Source of the DNA: Candidatus Methylomirabilia bacterium
GTDB lineage: Bacteria > Methylomirabilota > Methylomirabilia > Rokubacteriales > CSP1-6
Direction: 5' to 3'
Length of the DNA: 64,000 nt
Assembly: GCA_041496385.1 (NCBI GenBank)
Contig: JBGQEL010000011.1
Span: forward strand, 13,181 to 77,180
The notes under the pieces are model-generated. The model did no database searches. It was not told where the DNA came from and saw only the letters and a list, made by a program, of their open reading frames with translations. Positions 23,963 to 35,050 of the stretch are shown in pieces; the first letter of the stretch is position 1, and the number at the start of each line of letters is the position of its first letter. The translations under genes and the position numbers were made by a program.

Positions 23963-24676
23963 ATGAGATTCGGCGTGGTCGTCTTCCCGGGTACGTGGAG
24001 CGACTGCGACTTCCACTACGTGATCTCCGAGGTTCTGCACCAGCCGGTGAAGTACGTCTGGCACCGGGACCGTGACCTCGGCGACCTCGACTGCGTCATC
24101 CTCCCGGGGGGCTTCTCCTACGGCGACTACCTGCGCGCGGGCGCCGTCGCGGGCCGCTCGCCCGTGGTGGAGGCGCTCAAGGAGTTCGTCGTGAGCGGCG
24201 GGTACGTCCTGGGCTCCTGCAACGGGTTCCAGATCCTCTGCGAGGCGGGGTTCCTGCCGGGCGCGCTCACGCGCAACGAGTGCCTGCAGTATCGCTGCCA
24301 GTCCACGCACTTGGTGGTCGAGAACGTGGAAACGCCTTTCACGCGGGGGCTCCGGCTGAGGCAGGTGCTCACGATGCCGATCTCGCACGGGGAGGGCAAG
24401 TACTACGCGGACCCGGAGACCCTGCGCGGGCTCAAGGCGGCCAACCGGGTCGTGTTCCGCTATTCGGAGCCCGACGGGCGCGTGAGCAAGGCGGCGAACC
24501 CCAACGGCTCGCTCGAGAACATCGCGGGGATCGTGAACCCCGAAGGCAACGTGCTCGGGCTGATGCCGCATCCCGAGCGCGCGGCCGAGACGGCGATGGG
24601 CGGCACGGACGGACTCCTGCTGTTCCAGTCCCTCCTCGGCAGCCTCGTCGAGGACGGCAGCTTCCTCAAGCGGTAG
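23963..24676 (+). CDS. purQ: FGAM synthase glutaminase subunit PurQ
   Basis: [26 protein letters not shown]. Confidence 0.97.
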   Translation: MRFGVVVFPGTWSDCDFHYVISEVLHQPVKYVWHRDRDLGDLDCVILPGGFSYGDYLRAGAVAGRSPVVEALKEFVVSGGYVLGSCNGFQILCEAGFLPGALTRNECLQYRCQSTHLVVENVETPFTRGLRLRQVLTMPISHGEGKYYADPETLRGLKAANRVVFRYSEPDGRVSKAANPNGSLENIAGIVNPEGNVLGLMPHPERAAETAMGGTDGLLLFQSLLGSLVEDGSFLKR

Positions 24677-24681
24677 TCGGA

Positions 24682-26904
24682 GTGACGGCGGCTCCACCGA
24701 AGGTCACGCTCGACCTCGCGCGCGAGTCCGGCCTCACCGCCGACGAGTACGATCGGATCCTGACGCGACTCGGCCGCGAGCCCACGTATACCGAGCTCGG
24801 TCTGTTCTCGGCGCTCTGGTCCGAGCACTGCGCCTACAAGCACTCGCGTGTCTTCCTCGGCCGGCTGCCCTCCCAGGGGCCGCGCGTGCTGCAGGGACCC
24901 GGCGAGAACGCCGGGGCCATCGACATCGGAGACGGGTGGGCCATCGTCTTCAAGATGGAGAGCCACAACCACCCGTCGTTCATCGAGCCCTTCCAGGGCG
25001 CGGCGACCGGCGTGGGCGGGATCCTGCGGGACATCTTCACGATGGGCGCGCGGCCCATCGCCATCCTCGACTCGCTGCGATTCGGCGACCCGGGCGATCC
25101 GAAGACGCGCCACCTCGTCAACGGCGTGGTCTCCGGCATCAGCTGGTACGGCAACTGCTTTGGATGTCCGACGGTCGGGGGCGAGATGGCCTTCGCGCCC
25201 GAGTACGCGGGCAACCCGCTCGTGAACGTCATGTGCGTCGGGCTCGTGCGCGCGGACCAGATCTTCCGTGCCCGGGCCGAGGGGGTCGGCAACCCCGTCT
25301 TCTACGTCGGCAACAAGACCGGGCGCGACGGCATCCACGGCGCGACGATGGCATCGGCGACCTTCGACGAGCACGCGGAAGCGCGGCGGCCGACCGTTCA
25401 GGTCGGCGATCCGTTCACCGAGAAGCTGCTGCTCGAGGCCTGCCTCGAGGCGATGCGGAGCGGCGCCGTCGTGGGGATCCAGGACATGGGCGCCGCGGGC
25501 CTCGCGTGCTGCACCTCGGAGATGCCCGCGCGCGCCGGGACGGGCATGGACGTCGAGCTCGCGCGCGTGCCGCAGCGCGAGGTCGCGATGACGCCCTACG
25601 AGATCCTCCTCTCGGAGTCGCAGGAGCGCATGCTCCTGGTCGCGACGCGCGGCCGCGAGGAGGAGGTCCGCCGGATCTTCGCCAAGTGGGAGCTCGATGC
25701 CGTCGAGATCGGGCGCGTGACCGCGGGCGGCACCCTCACGGCGCGTCTGGACCACGAGATCGTCGCCCACGTCCCGCTGGACCTCCTGGCCGACGCGCCG
25801 AAGTACGCCAAGCCCGTCGCGCGGCCGCCGTGGCAGGACGAGGTCGAGGGGTTCGATCCGCTCACCCTCCCGGAGCCCGCAGACCACGGTTCGACCCTCG
25901 TCGCGCTCTGCGGCGCGCCGACGATCGCCTCCAAGGAGTGGACCTACCGCCAGTACGACCAGCAGGTGGGCATCAACACGCTCGTGCTCCCGGGCTCGGA
26001 CGCGGCCGTGCTCCGGGTCAAGGGCACGAGCCGGGCGCTCGCCATCTCGACCGACGGCAACGCCCGCCAGGTGTTCCTGGACCCGCGCCGGGGCGCCGCG
26101 ATGGCGGTTGCGGAGGCCGCGCGCAACGTCTCCTGCGCGGGCGGCACTCCGCTCGGCCTCACGGACTGCCTGAACTTCGGCTCGCCCGAGCGGCCGGAGA
26201 TCCTCTGGCAGTTCGCCGAGGCGATCGAGGGGATCGCCGAGGCCAGCCGCGCGCTCGAGATCCCGGTAGTGGGCGGCAACGTTTCCTTCTACAATGAAAC
26301 CAGCGGCCAGGCGATCCTGCCGACGCCGATCATCGGGGTGGTGGGGCTCCTGGAGGATGCCGAGCGCCGGGCGACCCAGGCGTTCAAGGGTGCAGGGCAC
26401 CGGATCGCGCTGCTCGGGCCGGAGCGCGTGAGTCTCGGCGGGAGCGAGTACCTCTGGACGCTCCACCGGCGTCTCGCCGGGCGTCTGGCGCCGCTGGATC
26501 TGGAGCTGGAGCGGCGGGTGCAGAGCGCCGTCCGCGCGGCCGTGACGGCGGGACTGGTGACGGCCGCGCACGACTGCTCCGAGGGCGGCGTGGCCGTTGC
26601 GCTCGCCGAGTGCTGCGTGAGCGGGCGCGAGCCGGTCGGGTGCGCGGTGTCGCTCGCGGCGGAAGGCCGCGCGGACCTCGTGCTCTTCGGCGAGGGACCC
26701 TCGCGCGTCGTCGTCGCGGTCGAGGGCGCGCGCGCCCGTGAGTTCGAGGCGCTGATGGCGGAGTCGGCCATCCCCTGGCGCTGGATCGGGACGACCGGAG
26801 GCGAGCGGCTCGTGGTCCGGGTAGGGGCGGTCGTGAGCGTCGACGTCGCGGTGGACCGGATCGAACGCGCGTGGAGGAGTGGATTTGAACGTCACTTGGC
26901 GTGA
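24682..26904 (+). CDS. purL: FGAM synthase subunit PurL
   Basis: [37 protein letters not shown] start 24682. Confidence 0.97.
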   Translation: MTAAPPKVTLDLARESGLTADEYDRILTRLGREPTYTELGLFSALWSEHCAYKHSRVFLGRLPSQGPRVLQGPGENAGAIDIGDGWAIVFKMESHNHPSFIEPFQGAATGVGGILRDIFTMGARPIAILDSLRFGDPGDPKTRHLVNGVVSGISWYGNCFGCPTVGGEMAFAPEYAGNPLVNVMCVGLVRADQIFRARAEGVGNPVFYVGNKTGRDGIHGATMASATFDEHAEARRPTVQVGDPFTEKLLLEACLEAMRSGAVVGIQDMGAAGLACCTSEMPARAGTGMDVELARVPQREVAMTPYEILLSESQERMLLVATRGREEEVRRIFAKWELDAVEIGRVTAGGTLTARLDHEIVAHVPLDLLADAPKYAKPVARPPWQDEVEGFDPLTLPEPADHGSTLVALCGAPTIASKEWTYRQYDQQVGINTLVLPGSDAAVLRVKGTSRALAISTDGNARQVFLDPRRGAAMAVAEAARNVSCAGGTPLGLTDCLNFGSPERPEILWQFAEAIEGIAEASRALEIPVVGGNVSFYNETSGQAILPTPIIGVVGLLEDAERRATQAFKGAGHRIALLGPERVSLGGSEYLWTLHRRLAGRLAPLDLELERRVQSAVRAAVTAGLVTAAHDCSEGGVAVALAECCVSGREPVGCAVSLAAEGRADLVLFGEGPSRVVVAVEGARAREFEALMAESAIPWRWIGTTGGERLVVRVGAVVSVDVAVDRIERAWRSGFERHLA

Positions 26905-28300
26905 CGACGACCGGTTCCACGACGAGTGCGGGCTCTTCGGGATCTGGAACCATCCCGAGGCCGCCAACGTCGTGTACCTCGGCCTCTACGCGCTCCAGCA
27001 TCGGGGTCAGGAGTCGGCCGGCATCGCGGCCACCGACGGCACGGGTTTCCACACCGAGAAGGCGATGGGATGGGTCGCCGACGTCTTCGGACCTGAGCGC
27101 CTGCGCCGCCTGCCGGGCCACCGCGCGATCGGCCACGTGCGCTACTCGACGGCGGGCAGCTCGAACGTCAGGAACGCGCAGCCGATCACCGCGAACACCG
27201 CGCGGGGCCCGGTCGCGATCGCGCACAACGGCAACCTCACGAACGCCGAGTCGCTCCGCCACGGGATGGAGCGCGACGGGGCGATCTTCCAGTCGAACTC
27301 GGACACCGAGGTCATCCTCCATCTCCTGGCGCGGGCGCCCGCGGGGCCGTTCGAGGAGCAGATCACCTGGGCGCTGCGCCGCCTGACCGGCGCCTACTCG
27401 CTCCTCATCCTGACGCCGGACGCGATGTACGCGATCCGCGATCCGTACGGCTTCCGCCCGCTCACGCTCGGTCGTCTCGGCGACGCGCACATCGTCGCCT
27501 CAGAGACCTGCGCGCTGGATCTCATGGAAGCCCGGTGGGAGCGCGACATCGAACCGGGCGAGATCCTGATCGTCTCCGACGCGGGCGCCAGGTCGGTGCG
27601 GCCGTTTCCGCCCACCGAGCGCCTGCAGTGCGTGTTCGAGTACGTGTATTTCGCGCGCCCCGACTCGATCCTCTGGGGCCGCAACGTGCACACGGTCCGC
27701 AAGGCGCTGGGTCGCCAGCTCGCACGCGAGTATCCGGTCGCGGCCGACATCGTCATTCCCGTGCCCGACTCGGGTACGAGCGCGGCGATCGGTTACTCCG
27801 AGGAGGCGGGGACACCCTACGAGATGGGACTCATCCGCAATCACTATGTCGGGCGGACCTTCATCGAGCCCAAGCAGGGGATCCGGCACTTCGGCGTGAA
27901 GGTGAAACTCAACCCGATGCGCGAGATGCTCGAGGGGCGGCGCGTCGTCGTCGTGGACGACTCGATCGTCCGCGGCACCACCAGCCGGAAGATCGTGAAG
28001 ATGATCCGGAGCGCCGGCGCCCGCGAGGTTCACATGCGGATCTCATCGCCCCCGATTCAATGGCCCTGCTACTACGGTATCGACACGCCGACGCGGAAGG
28101 AGCTGATCGCCTCGAGCCACGCGCCCGAGGAAATCCGCCGCTATCTCGGCGCCGACTCGCTCGGCTACCTCTCCCTGGACGGCATGCTCAAGTCGACGGG
28201 CGCCGACCCGGCCCACTTCTGCCACGCGTGCTTCACCGGCAACTACCGCGTGGGGATCGAGCCCGAGGTGACGCCGCAGCTCCAGCTCTTCGACGGCTGA
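26879..28300 (+). CDS. purF: Amidophosphoribosyltransferase (propeptide, Fe-S type)
   Basis: [36 protein letters not shown]. Confidence 0.97.
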   Translation: MDLNVTWRDDDRFHDECGLFGIWNHPEAANVVYLGLYALQHRGQESAGIAATDGTGFHTEKAMGWVADVFGPERLRRLPGHRAIGHVRYSTAGSSNVRNAQPITANTARGPVAIAHNGNLTNAESLRHGMERDGAIFQSNSDTEVILHLLARAPAGPFEEQITWALRRLTGAYSLLILTPDAMYAIRDPYGFRPLTLGRLGDAHIVASETCALDLMEARWERDIEPGEILIVSDAGARSVRPFPPTERLQCVFEYVYFARPDSILWGRNVHTVRKALGRQLAREYPVAADIVIPVPDSGTSAAIGYSEEAGTPYEMGLIRNHYVGRTFIEPKQGIRHFGVKVKLNPMREMLEGRRVVVVDDSIVRGTTSRKIVKMIRSAGAREVHMRISSPPIQWPCYYGIDTPTRKELIASSHAPEEIRRYLGADSLGYLSLDGMLKSTGADPAHFCHACFTGNYRVGIEPEVTPQLQLFDG

Positions 28301-28301
28301 G

Positions 28302-29339
28302 GTGAAACCCCTCACGTACCGCGGAGCCGGCGTCGACATCGCGGCCGGCGACGACGCGGTCCGCCGGATCGCGCCCCTGGCGCGCGCCACCACGCGTCCC
28401 GAGGTCATCGGCGGCGTCGGGGGCTTCGCCGCGTTCGTCGGCCTGCCGGCGGGCTACGCGGAGCCGGTCCTCGTCTCGTCGACCGACGGCGTCGGGAGCA
28501 AGCTCAAGGTCGCGTTTCTCGCGGGCCGCGACGACACCGTCGGCATCGATCTGGTCGCGATGGGGGTCAACGACCTCCTGGTGCACGGCGCCGAGCCGCT
28601 CTATTTTCTCGACTACATCGGCATCGCGCGGCTCGATCCGGCCCGCGTCGAGGCGATCGTCCGAGGCGTGGCGGAGGGCTGCCGCCGCGCGGGCTGCGCC
28701 CTCGTCGGGGGCGAGACCGCCGAGCTCCCCGATCTCTACGCCGCGGACGAGTACGATCTCGCGGGCTTCGCCGTCGGCGTCGTCGAGCGGACGCGGATCG
28801 TGGACGGCAGCGCGGTGCGCCCGGGCGACGTCGTGCTCGGACTCGTCTCGTCCGGGCTCCACTCGAACGGCTACAGCCTCGCGCGGCGAATCGTCTTCGA
28901 CGTCATGAAGCTGACGGTCGACGCGATCCTGCCGGGGACCGGGCGTACCGTCGCGGACGAGCTGCTCGAGCCGACGCGTATCTATGCGCAGCCGGTGCTT
29001 GCGCTGCTGCGGCGCCAGGGCGTCGACGTGCACGCGATGGCCCACGTCACGGGAGGCGGGCTGCCCGGGAACCTGCCGCGCGTCCTGCCCGACGGTTGCC
29101 GGGCGGTCATCCACCGAAGCGCCTGGCGCGTTCCCGCCGTCTTCGAGACCCTACGCCACGCCGGCCGGGTCGAGGAGGCGGAGATGTTCAGGGTCTTCAA
29201 CATGGGGATCGGCTACGTGGCGGTCGTCTCGCCCGGCGCGGTCGAGACCGCCCTGGGTGCCCTCGCCGCCGCGGGCGAGCGCGCGGTCCGCATCGGCGAG
29301 ATCGTGTCGGGCACACGCGGCGTGGAGCTGGTCGCGTGA
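28302..29339 (+). CDS. purM: AIR synthase
   Basis: YRGAGVDI, STDGVGSK, GGETAE, SGLHSNGYSL. Confidence 0.97.
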   Translation: MKPLTYRGAGVDIAAGDDAVRRIAPLARATTRPEVIGGVGGFAAFVGLPAGYAEPVLVSSTDGVGSKLKVAFLAGRDDTVGIDLVAMGVNDLLVHGAEPLYFLDYIGIARLDPARVEAIVRGVAEGCRRAGCALVGGETAELPDLYAADEYDLAGFAVGVVERTRIVDGSAVRPGDVVLGLVSSGLHSNGYSLARRIVFDVMKLTVDAILPGTGRTVADELLEPTRIYAQPVLALLRRQGVDVHAMAHVTGGGLPGNLPRVLPDGCRAVIHRSAWRVPAVFETLRHAGRVEEAEMFRVFNMGIGYVAVVSPGAVETALGALAAAGERAVRIGEIVSGTRGVELVA

Positions 29340-29959
29340 GCCGCGACGGCGACGGCCGGCTGCGCGTGGGTGTGCTCGCCTCGGGGCGCGGCTCGAACCT
29401 CCAGGCGCTTCTCGACGCCACGGCGCGCCCGGACTTCCCCGCGCGCGTCGTGGTCGTGCTCAGCGACCGCGAGCGGGCCGCGGCGCTCGACCGCGCGCGG
29501 GCGGCCGGCGTCGAGGCGGTCTTCGTCAACCCCAAGGACTTCGCGGACCGGGAGGCGTTCGACCTCGCGCTCGTCCGCGAGCTCGAGAAGCGCCGGGTGG
29601 ACCTCGTCTGCCACGCGGGCTTCATGCGGATCCTGTCGCCGGCCTACGTGCGCGCCTTCGCCGGGCGCGCGTTGAATGTCCACCCGTCGCTCCTGCCGTC
29701 GTTCCCCGGGCTCCACGCCCAGCGGCAGGCGCTCGACGGCGGCGTCCGGATCGCCGGCGCCACGGTTCACTTCGTCGACGAGGGCGTCGACACCGGCCCG
29801 ATCGTCTTGCAGGCGAGCGTGCGGGTCGAGCCCGACGACACCGAAGCCGCCCTGTCCGGGCGCATCCTCGCCGAGGAGCACCGGCTCTACCCGGAGGCCG
29901 TCCGGCTGTTCGCGGAGGGCAAGCTCAGGATCGTCGGACGCACGGTGCGGACGTCATGA
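29336..29959 (+). CDS. purN: Phosphoribosylglycinamide formyltransferase
   Basis: SGRGSNLQA, NVHPSLLPSFPG, GATVHFVDEGVDTGPI. Confidence 0.97.
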   Translation: MSRDGDGRLRVGVLASGRGSNLQALLDATARPDFPARVVVVLSDRERAAALDRARAAGVEAVFVNPKDFADREAFDLALVRELEKRRVDLVCHAGFMRILSPAYVRAFAGRALNVHPSLLPSFPGLHAQRQALDGGVRIAGATVHFVDEGVDTGPIVLQASVRVEPDDTEAALSGRILAEEHRLYPEAVRLFAEGKLRIVGRTVRTS

Positions 29960-31542
29960 AGGTCCGGCGCGCGCTCGTCTCGGTCCACGACAAGTCCGGC
30001 GTCGTCGAGTTCGCCCGCGCGCTCGCCTCGCTCGGGGTCGAGGTCGTCTCGACCGGCGGGACCGCCAGGCTCCTGCGCGAGTCGGGCGTCCCGGTCCTCG
30101 ACGTGAGCGACGTGACCGGGTTTCCAGAGATGCTGGACGGCCGGGTGAAGACGCTGCACCCGAAGATCCACGGCGGGATCCTCGCCCGCCGGGACGCGCC
30201 CGCGCATCTGGAGGCGCTCGACAAGCACGGGATCCCGCCCATCGATCTCGTCGTCGTCGCGCTCTATCCGTTCGAAGCCACCGTGGCGAGGCCGGGCGTG
30301 GCGCTCGCCGACGCCATCGAGCAGATCGACGTGGGCGGTCCGGCCATGATCCGCGCGGCGGCCAAGAATCACGCGGGCGTGGGCGTCGTCACCGACCCGT
30401 CCCAGTACGCGAGCGTCGTCGCCGAGCTCAGGACGAATCACGGGGCGCTCTCGGACGCCACGCGGTACCGGCTCGCCCAGGAGGCCTTCCGCCGCACCGC
30501 CCAGTACGACGCGGCCATCGCCGCGTACCTGCGCTCGCCCGAGGCCGCGGGGGCGGCGGCGCCCGCCACCGCCGACGACCTTCCGGCGAGGCTCCGGCTC
30601 GACGCCGCGCGCGCGCTGGCCCTCCGCTACGGCGAGAACCCGCACCAGGCCGCGGCCTTCTACACCCCGCTCGACGGACCGCCCGCGGGGCTCGCGGCGA
30701 TGCGGCAGCTTCACGGGCCCGAGCTCGGCTACAACAACCTGCTCGACTTCTCGGCGGCGCTCGGCCTCCTGCTCGAGTTCGACGAGCCGGCGGCCGTCGT
30801 GATCAAGCACACGAACCCGTGCGGCGCCGCGCTCGGCGCCTCCGCCGGCGAGGCGATGGCGCGGGCGAAAGCCTGCGACCCGGTCTCCATCTACGGCGGC
30901 ATCGTGGGCGTCAACCGCCCGCTCGACATGGCGGTCGTCCAGGAGCTCGGCGGGATCTTCCTCGAGGTCCTGTTCGCGCCGTCGTACACGCCGGACGCGC
31001 TCAAGGAGCTCCGGCGCACCAAGAAGAAGTGCCGTGTCTTCGAGGTGCCGTGCGGTCGCGCGAGCGCCCCCGCGCAGGCGGTGGAGTACCGGAGCGTCTG
31101 GGGCGGGATGCTCGCCCAGACCGCCGATCTGACCGACCTCGACGCCGATGCCCTCAAGACGGTCTCGAAGCGGCCGCCGAGCGCGGCGGAGCTCGCCGCG
31201 CTCGCGTTCGCCTGGCGTGTCGCCAAGCACGCGAAGTCCAACGCGATCGTGCTCGCGACGCGCGCGCAGGTGGTCGGCGTCGGCGCCGGGCAGATGAACC
31301 GGGTGGACTCGGCGCGCCTCGCCGTGATGCGCGCGCGGGAGCTCGGGCTCGAGACGCGGGGCAGCGTCTGCGCGTCCGACGCCTTCTTCCCGTTTCGCGA
31401 CGGGCTCGACGTGGTCGCCGAGGCCGGGGCGACCGCGGTGATGCACCCGGGAGGCTCGCTTCGCGACGACGAGGTCGTCAGGGCGGCGGATGAGCACGGC
31501 ATGGCCATGGTGTTGACCGGTATCCGGCACTTCCGCCACTAG
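29956..31542 (+). CDS. purH: Bifunctional AICAR transformylase/IMP cyclohydrolase
   Basis: GRVKTLHPKIHGG, LRYGENPHQ, ASDAFFPF, TGIRHFRH. Confidence 0.97.
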   Translation: MKVRRALVSVHDKSGVVEFARALASLGVEVVSTGGTARLLRESGVPVLDVSDVTGFPEMLDGRVKTLHPKIHGGILARRDAPAHLEALDKHGIPPIDLVVVALYPFEATVARPGVALADAIEQIDVGGPAMIRAAAKNHAGVGVVTDPSQYASVVAELRTNHGALSDATRYRLAQEAFRRTAQYDAAIAAYLRSPEAAGAAAPATADDLPARLRLDAARALALRYGENPHQAAAFYTPLDGPPAGLAAMRQLHGPELGYNNLLDFSAALGLLLEFDEPAAVVIKHTNPCGAALGASAGEAMARAKACDPVSIYGGIVGVNRPLDMAVVQELGGIFLEVLFAPSYTPDALKELRRTKKKCRVFEVPCGRASAPAQAVEYRSVWGGMLAQTADLTDLDADALKTVSKRPPSAAELAALAFAWRVAKHAKSNAIVLATRAQVVGVGAGQMNRVDSARLAVMRARELGLETRGSVCASDAFFPFRDGLDVVAEAGATAVMHPGGSLRDDEVVRAADEHGMAMVLTGIRHFRH

Positions 31543-31553
31543 GCTCCCCGCCG

Positions 31554-32462
31554 GTGATGACACGGCCGCACCCCGAACGCGTCTACGGCATGCGGGAGCT
31601 CACGCGTATTCTCACCCTGACGCCACGGCGTGCGGGCCAGCTCCGCCGGCTCGAGCTCCTGCACGGCGACTCGGGCTACGCCTTTCGCGACCTCCTGGCG
31701 CTGCGCGCCGCGAGCGCGCTTCTCGACGCGGGAGCCTCCGTGAGACAGATCAAGCAGACGCTGGCCGCGCTCCGCCGGCAGGACCCGGGCCTCGAGCAGC
31801 CGCTGGCCGAGCTCCGTCTCGTCCTCGACGGCGACCGGCTGCTGGCCCAGTCGGACCGGGTCAGGTTCGACCCGCGCAGCGGCCAGCTCGTGCTCGCGCT
31901 TGACTCGGGCGGCCTCGAGGCCGCCGCGACGGCGACCCTCGCCACCGGGCTCGTGCGGCCGCTCGCGCCACCCACCGAGCAAGCGGAGACGTGGTTCGAG
32001 CGCGCGAGCGAGTGGGACGGCGACCCGGCGCACTGGGAGGATGCCATCGACGCCTACCGGCGCGTGGTGGCGATCGACCCGACCTACGCGGCCGCCTGGA
32101 ACAACCTGGGGCTTCTGCTCCATCGGATGGGGCGCTACGACGAGGCCACGGAGGCGTACGGCGTGGCGCTCGAGCAGGATCCCCACTGCTGTGAGGCCGC
32201 CTACAACCTGGGCTCGCTCCACGAGGACCGGGGCGCCATCGAGGAGGCGATCGAGGACTACCGGCGCGCGCTGCAGCTCTCGCCGGACTACGCCGACGCT
32301 CACTTCAATCTCGCGGGCGCGCTCTCGCGCGCGGGGCGTGGCGACGAGGCGGTCAGGCACTGGCAGCGCTACCTCGACCTCGATGCGGGGAGCCCGTGGG
32401 CCCGGATCGCGCGGGCTCACCTCGAGCTCGTGGAGCCGCCCGAGAAGGGCGCGGGCGAATGA
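31554..32462 (+). CDS. MerR-like HTH plus TPR-repeat protein
   Basis: N-terminal YGMRELTRIL...YAFRDLLALRAASALLDAG; C-terminal TPRs (AAWNNLG, AAYNLG, AHFNLA). Confidence 0.8.
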   Translation: MMTRPHPERVYGMRELTRILTLTPRRAGQLRRLELLHGDSGYAFRDLLALRAASALLDAGASVRQIKQTLAALRRQDPGLEQPLAELRLVLDGDRLLAQSDRVRFDPRSGQLVLALDSGGLEAAATATLATGLVRPLAPPTEQAETWFERASEWDGDPAHWEDAIDAYRRVVAIDPTYAAAWNNLGLLLHRMGRYDEATEAYGVALEQDPHCCEAAYNLGSLHEDRGAIEEAIEDYRRALQLSPDYADAHFNLAGALSRAGRGDEAVRHWQRYLDLDAGSPWARIARAHLELVEPPEKGAGE

Positions 32463-32475
32463 CGGGGGGACGACC

Positions 32476-33774
32476 ATGAAGCTCCTCCTCGTCGGCGGCG
32501 GGGGCCGGGAGCACTCGCTCGCCTGGCGGATCTCCCAGAGCCCGCTGGTGGACACGCTCCTCGCGGCGCCGGGCAATCCAGGCGTCGCGCACCACGCCGC
32601 CTGCGTCGAGATCGGGGTGGACGCGCACGAGGAGCTGGTGGCCTTCGCCCGGCGCGAAGGCGTCGACCTGACCGTGGTGGGACCCGAGGTGCCACTGGTC
32701 GGCGGGCTCGCCGATCGCTTCATCGCCGCCGGACTGAGCGTCTTCGGTCCCACCGCGCGGGCCGCGGCGATCGAGGGCTCGAAGGTCTTCGCGAAGAACC
32801 TGATGGTGCGCCACGGGATCCCGACCGCGCGGTTCGCGACCTTCGACGATCCCGCGCGCGCCCGTCGTCACTGCCGGGAGCTGGGCCCGCCGCTCGTGGT
32901 CAAGGCCGACGGCCTGGCAGCGGGCAAGGGCGCGATCGTCTGCCGGACGCACGCGGAGGCCGACGCCGCCGTCGCCGAGTGCATGGAGCGTCGGGTCTTC
33001 GGCGCCTCGGGCACGACCGTGGTCATCGAGGAGTTCCTCACCGGAGAAGAAATCTCCTTCTTCGCCCTCTCCAACGGGGGCGACGCGATCGCGTTCGGGG
33101 CGGCGCAGGACCACAAGGCCGTCTTCGACGGAGACCGAGGCCCGAACACCGGCGGGATGGGCGCGTACTCGCCCGTGGCCTCCTTCGACGAGGCGCTCGA
33201 GAAGCACGTCATGGAGACCATCGTCCGGCCCACATTCGCGGCCCTCTCGCGCGAGGCCGAGCCGTACCGCGGTGTGCTCTTCGTGCAGCTCATGCTGACG
33301 GCCGAGGGGCCGAAGGTCGTCGAGTTCAACTGCCGCTTCGGGGATCCGGAATGCCAGGCGCTGATGCTGCGCGCGCCGGGTGATCTCGTGCCCTTCTTGC
33401 TGGCCGCGGCTCGTGGCGAGGCCTGGCCCGCGGCACCGGCGTGGCCGCGGCGGGCTTCGGTGTGCGTGACCGTCGCCGCGCGGGGATACCCTGGCGCGTG
33501 CGCGACGGGCATCCCGATCGAGGGTGTGTCGCGGGCGGAGGCGAGCCCCGGCGTGCGCGTCTTCCATGCCGGCACGAAGCTCGTCGATGGCCGGCTGGTG
33601 ACGGGCGGCGGACGCGTCCTCGGCGTCGGCGCGGTCGCCGACGACCTGTCCGAGGCGATCCGCGCGGCCTACGCCGCCGTCGCCGAAATCCACTTCGACG
33701 GTATGCACTACCGCACCGACATCGGGAGGGTCGTGCGAGCCGAGGCGCCGTCGGGGCGGGGAGGCGAGCGGTGA
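32476..33774 (+). CDS. purD: Phosphoribosylamine--glycine ligase
   Basis: GGGGREH, VKADGLAAGKG, GPNTGGMGAY, EFNCRFGDPE, HYRTDIG. Confidence 0.97.
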   Translation: MKLLLVGGGGREHSLAWRISQSPLVDTLLAAPGNPGVAHHAACVEIGVDAHEELVAFARREGVDLTVVGPEVPLVGGLADRFIAAGLSVFGPTARAAAIEGSKVFAKNLMVRHGIPTARFATFDDPARARRHCRELGPPLVVKADGLAAGKGAIVCRTHAEADAAVAECMERRVFGASGTTVVIEEFLTGEEISFFALSNGGDAIAFGAAQDHKAVFDGDRGPNTGGMGAYSPVASFDEALEKHVMETIVRPTFAALSREAEPYRGVLFVQLMLTAEGPKVVEFNCRFGDPECQALMLRAPGDLVPFLLAAARGEAWPAAPAWPRRASVCVTVAARGYPGACATGIPIEGVSRAEASPGVRVFHAGTKLVDGRLVTGGGRVLGVGAVADDLSEAIRAAYAAVAEIHFDGMHYRTDIGRVVRAEAPSGRGGER

Positions 33775-33891
33775 GATGGGTCGGGGTCGTGCGAGCCGAG
33801 GCGCCGTCGGGGCGGGGAGGCGAGCGGTGAGATGGGTCGGGGTCGTGCGAGCCGAGGCGCCGCCGCGGTGGGGAGGCGAGCGGTGAGATGG
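33728..33891. repeat. 56-bp tandem repeat, about 3 copies
   Basis: Units start at 33728, 33784 and 33840; third copy diverges centrally; spans the purD stop and the purE ATG. Confidence 0.93.
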
Positions 33892-34436
33892 ATCCGATCA
33901 AGGGGGATGGCGTGAAGGGACCCGTGCGCGTCGGCATCGTGCTCGGCAGCGACTCGGACCTCGACGTGATGCTCGAGGCCGTCAAGGTCCTCGACGCGCT
34001 CGAGGTGGGCAGCGAAGTCGTCGTCGCTTCGGCCCACCGCACGCCCGACCGCACGCGCGACTACGCGAGCAGCGCCCAGACGCGCGGGCTCGGCGTGCTC
34101 ATCGCCGGCGCGGGCGGCGCGGCGGCGCTGCCCGGCTTCCTCGCCTCGCTCTCGTCGCTGCCGGTGATCGGCGTGCCGCTCGTGGCCACGCCGCTCGGCG
34201 GCCTCGACGCGCTGCTCTCGATCGCGCAGATGCCCAAGGGCGTGCCCGTCGCGACGGTCGCGATCGGCGCCTGGGGGGCGGCGAACGCAGGGCTCCTCGC
34301 CGCCCAGATCCTGGCCCTCGGCGATCCCGACCTCGCGAAGCGGCTCGCCGCCTACCGGGCGCGCCTCGCCGCCGAGGTGGACGAGCGCGCGCGCCGGGTC
34401 GCGGAGAAGCTGAAGTCGCCCCAGCGCGGGACGTGA
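33888..34436 (+). CDS. purE: N5-CAIR mutase/AIR carboxylase PurE
   Basis: GSDSDL, SAHRTP, AGGAAALPG, QMPKGVPVATV; start may be GTG 33912. Confidence 0.95.
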   Translation: MDPIKGDGVKGPVRVGIVLGSDSDLDVMLEAVKVLDALEVGSEVVVASAHRTPDRTRDYASSAQTRGLGVLIAGAGGAAALPGFLASLSSLPVIGVPLVATPLGGLDALLSIAQMPKGVPVATVAIGAWGAANAGLLAAQILALGDPDLAKRLAAYRARLAAEVDERARRVAEKLKSPQRGT

Positions 34437-35050
34437 CGCGGCCACCCGGGCGCGTCGCGATCGTGGACCCGCGGCGGCCGGCCCTCGCGGTCCTCGACGA
34501 CGCGGCCGCGGTCCTGCGCGCCGGCGGGATCGTCGCGTTCCCGACGGAGACCTTCTACGGACTCGGTGCCCACGCGTTCGACCATCGGGCCGTCCGGCGG
34601 ATCTTCGAGCTCAAGGGGAGACCGGCGACGAAGCCGCTCCTCGTCCTCGTCGACTCGCTCGCGATGGTCGAGCGCGTCGGCACGCTCACGCTCGCCGCGC
34701 GCGAGCTGGCGGCGCGACACTGGCCGGGAGCCCTGACCCTCGTGGTGCCGGCGCGCGCCGGCGTCCCCGAGGACGTGACGGCCGGCACGCACACGATCGG
34801 GGTCCGCGTGTCGCCCCATCCGATCGCGCGCGGCCTGGTCACGGCGCTCGGCGCGCCCCTGACCGCGCCGAGCGCGAACCCGGACGGGGCGGTGCCGCCC
34901 ACCACCGCCGCGGCCGTGCTGGCATACTTCGGAGACCGCATCGAGCTCGTGCTCGACGGCGGCCCGACGGCGGGCGGCGAGCCGTCGACCGTCCTCGACA
35001 CCACCGTGGAGCCGCCGAGGGTCGTCAGACAGGGCGCGGTCAGGCCGTGA
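34433..35050 (+). CDS. tsaC: L-threonylcarbamoyladenylate synthase (TsaC/YrdC)
   Basis: VAFPTETFYGLG, KGRP, TAPSAN. Confidence 0.92.
   Translation: MTRPPGRVAIVDPRRPALAVLDDAAAVLRAGGIVAFPTETFYGLGAHAFDHRAVRRIFELKGRPATKPLLVLVDSLAMVERVGTLTLAARELAARHWPGALTLVVPARAGVPEDVTAGTHTIGVRVSPHPIARGLVTALGAPLTAPSANPDGAVPPTTAAAVLAYFGDRIELVLDGGPTAGGEPSTVLDTTVEPPRVVRQGAVRP

Noticed and set aside
24460..26967. 835-aa minus-strand ORF and similar long ORFs opposite pur genes
   Set aside because: Shadow frames of purL and neighbours with Arg/Ala/Gly-rich nonsense composition.
33728..33891. Possible CRISPR array
   Set aside because: Units are head-to-tail 56-mers without unique spacers, and no cas genes are present.
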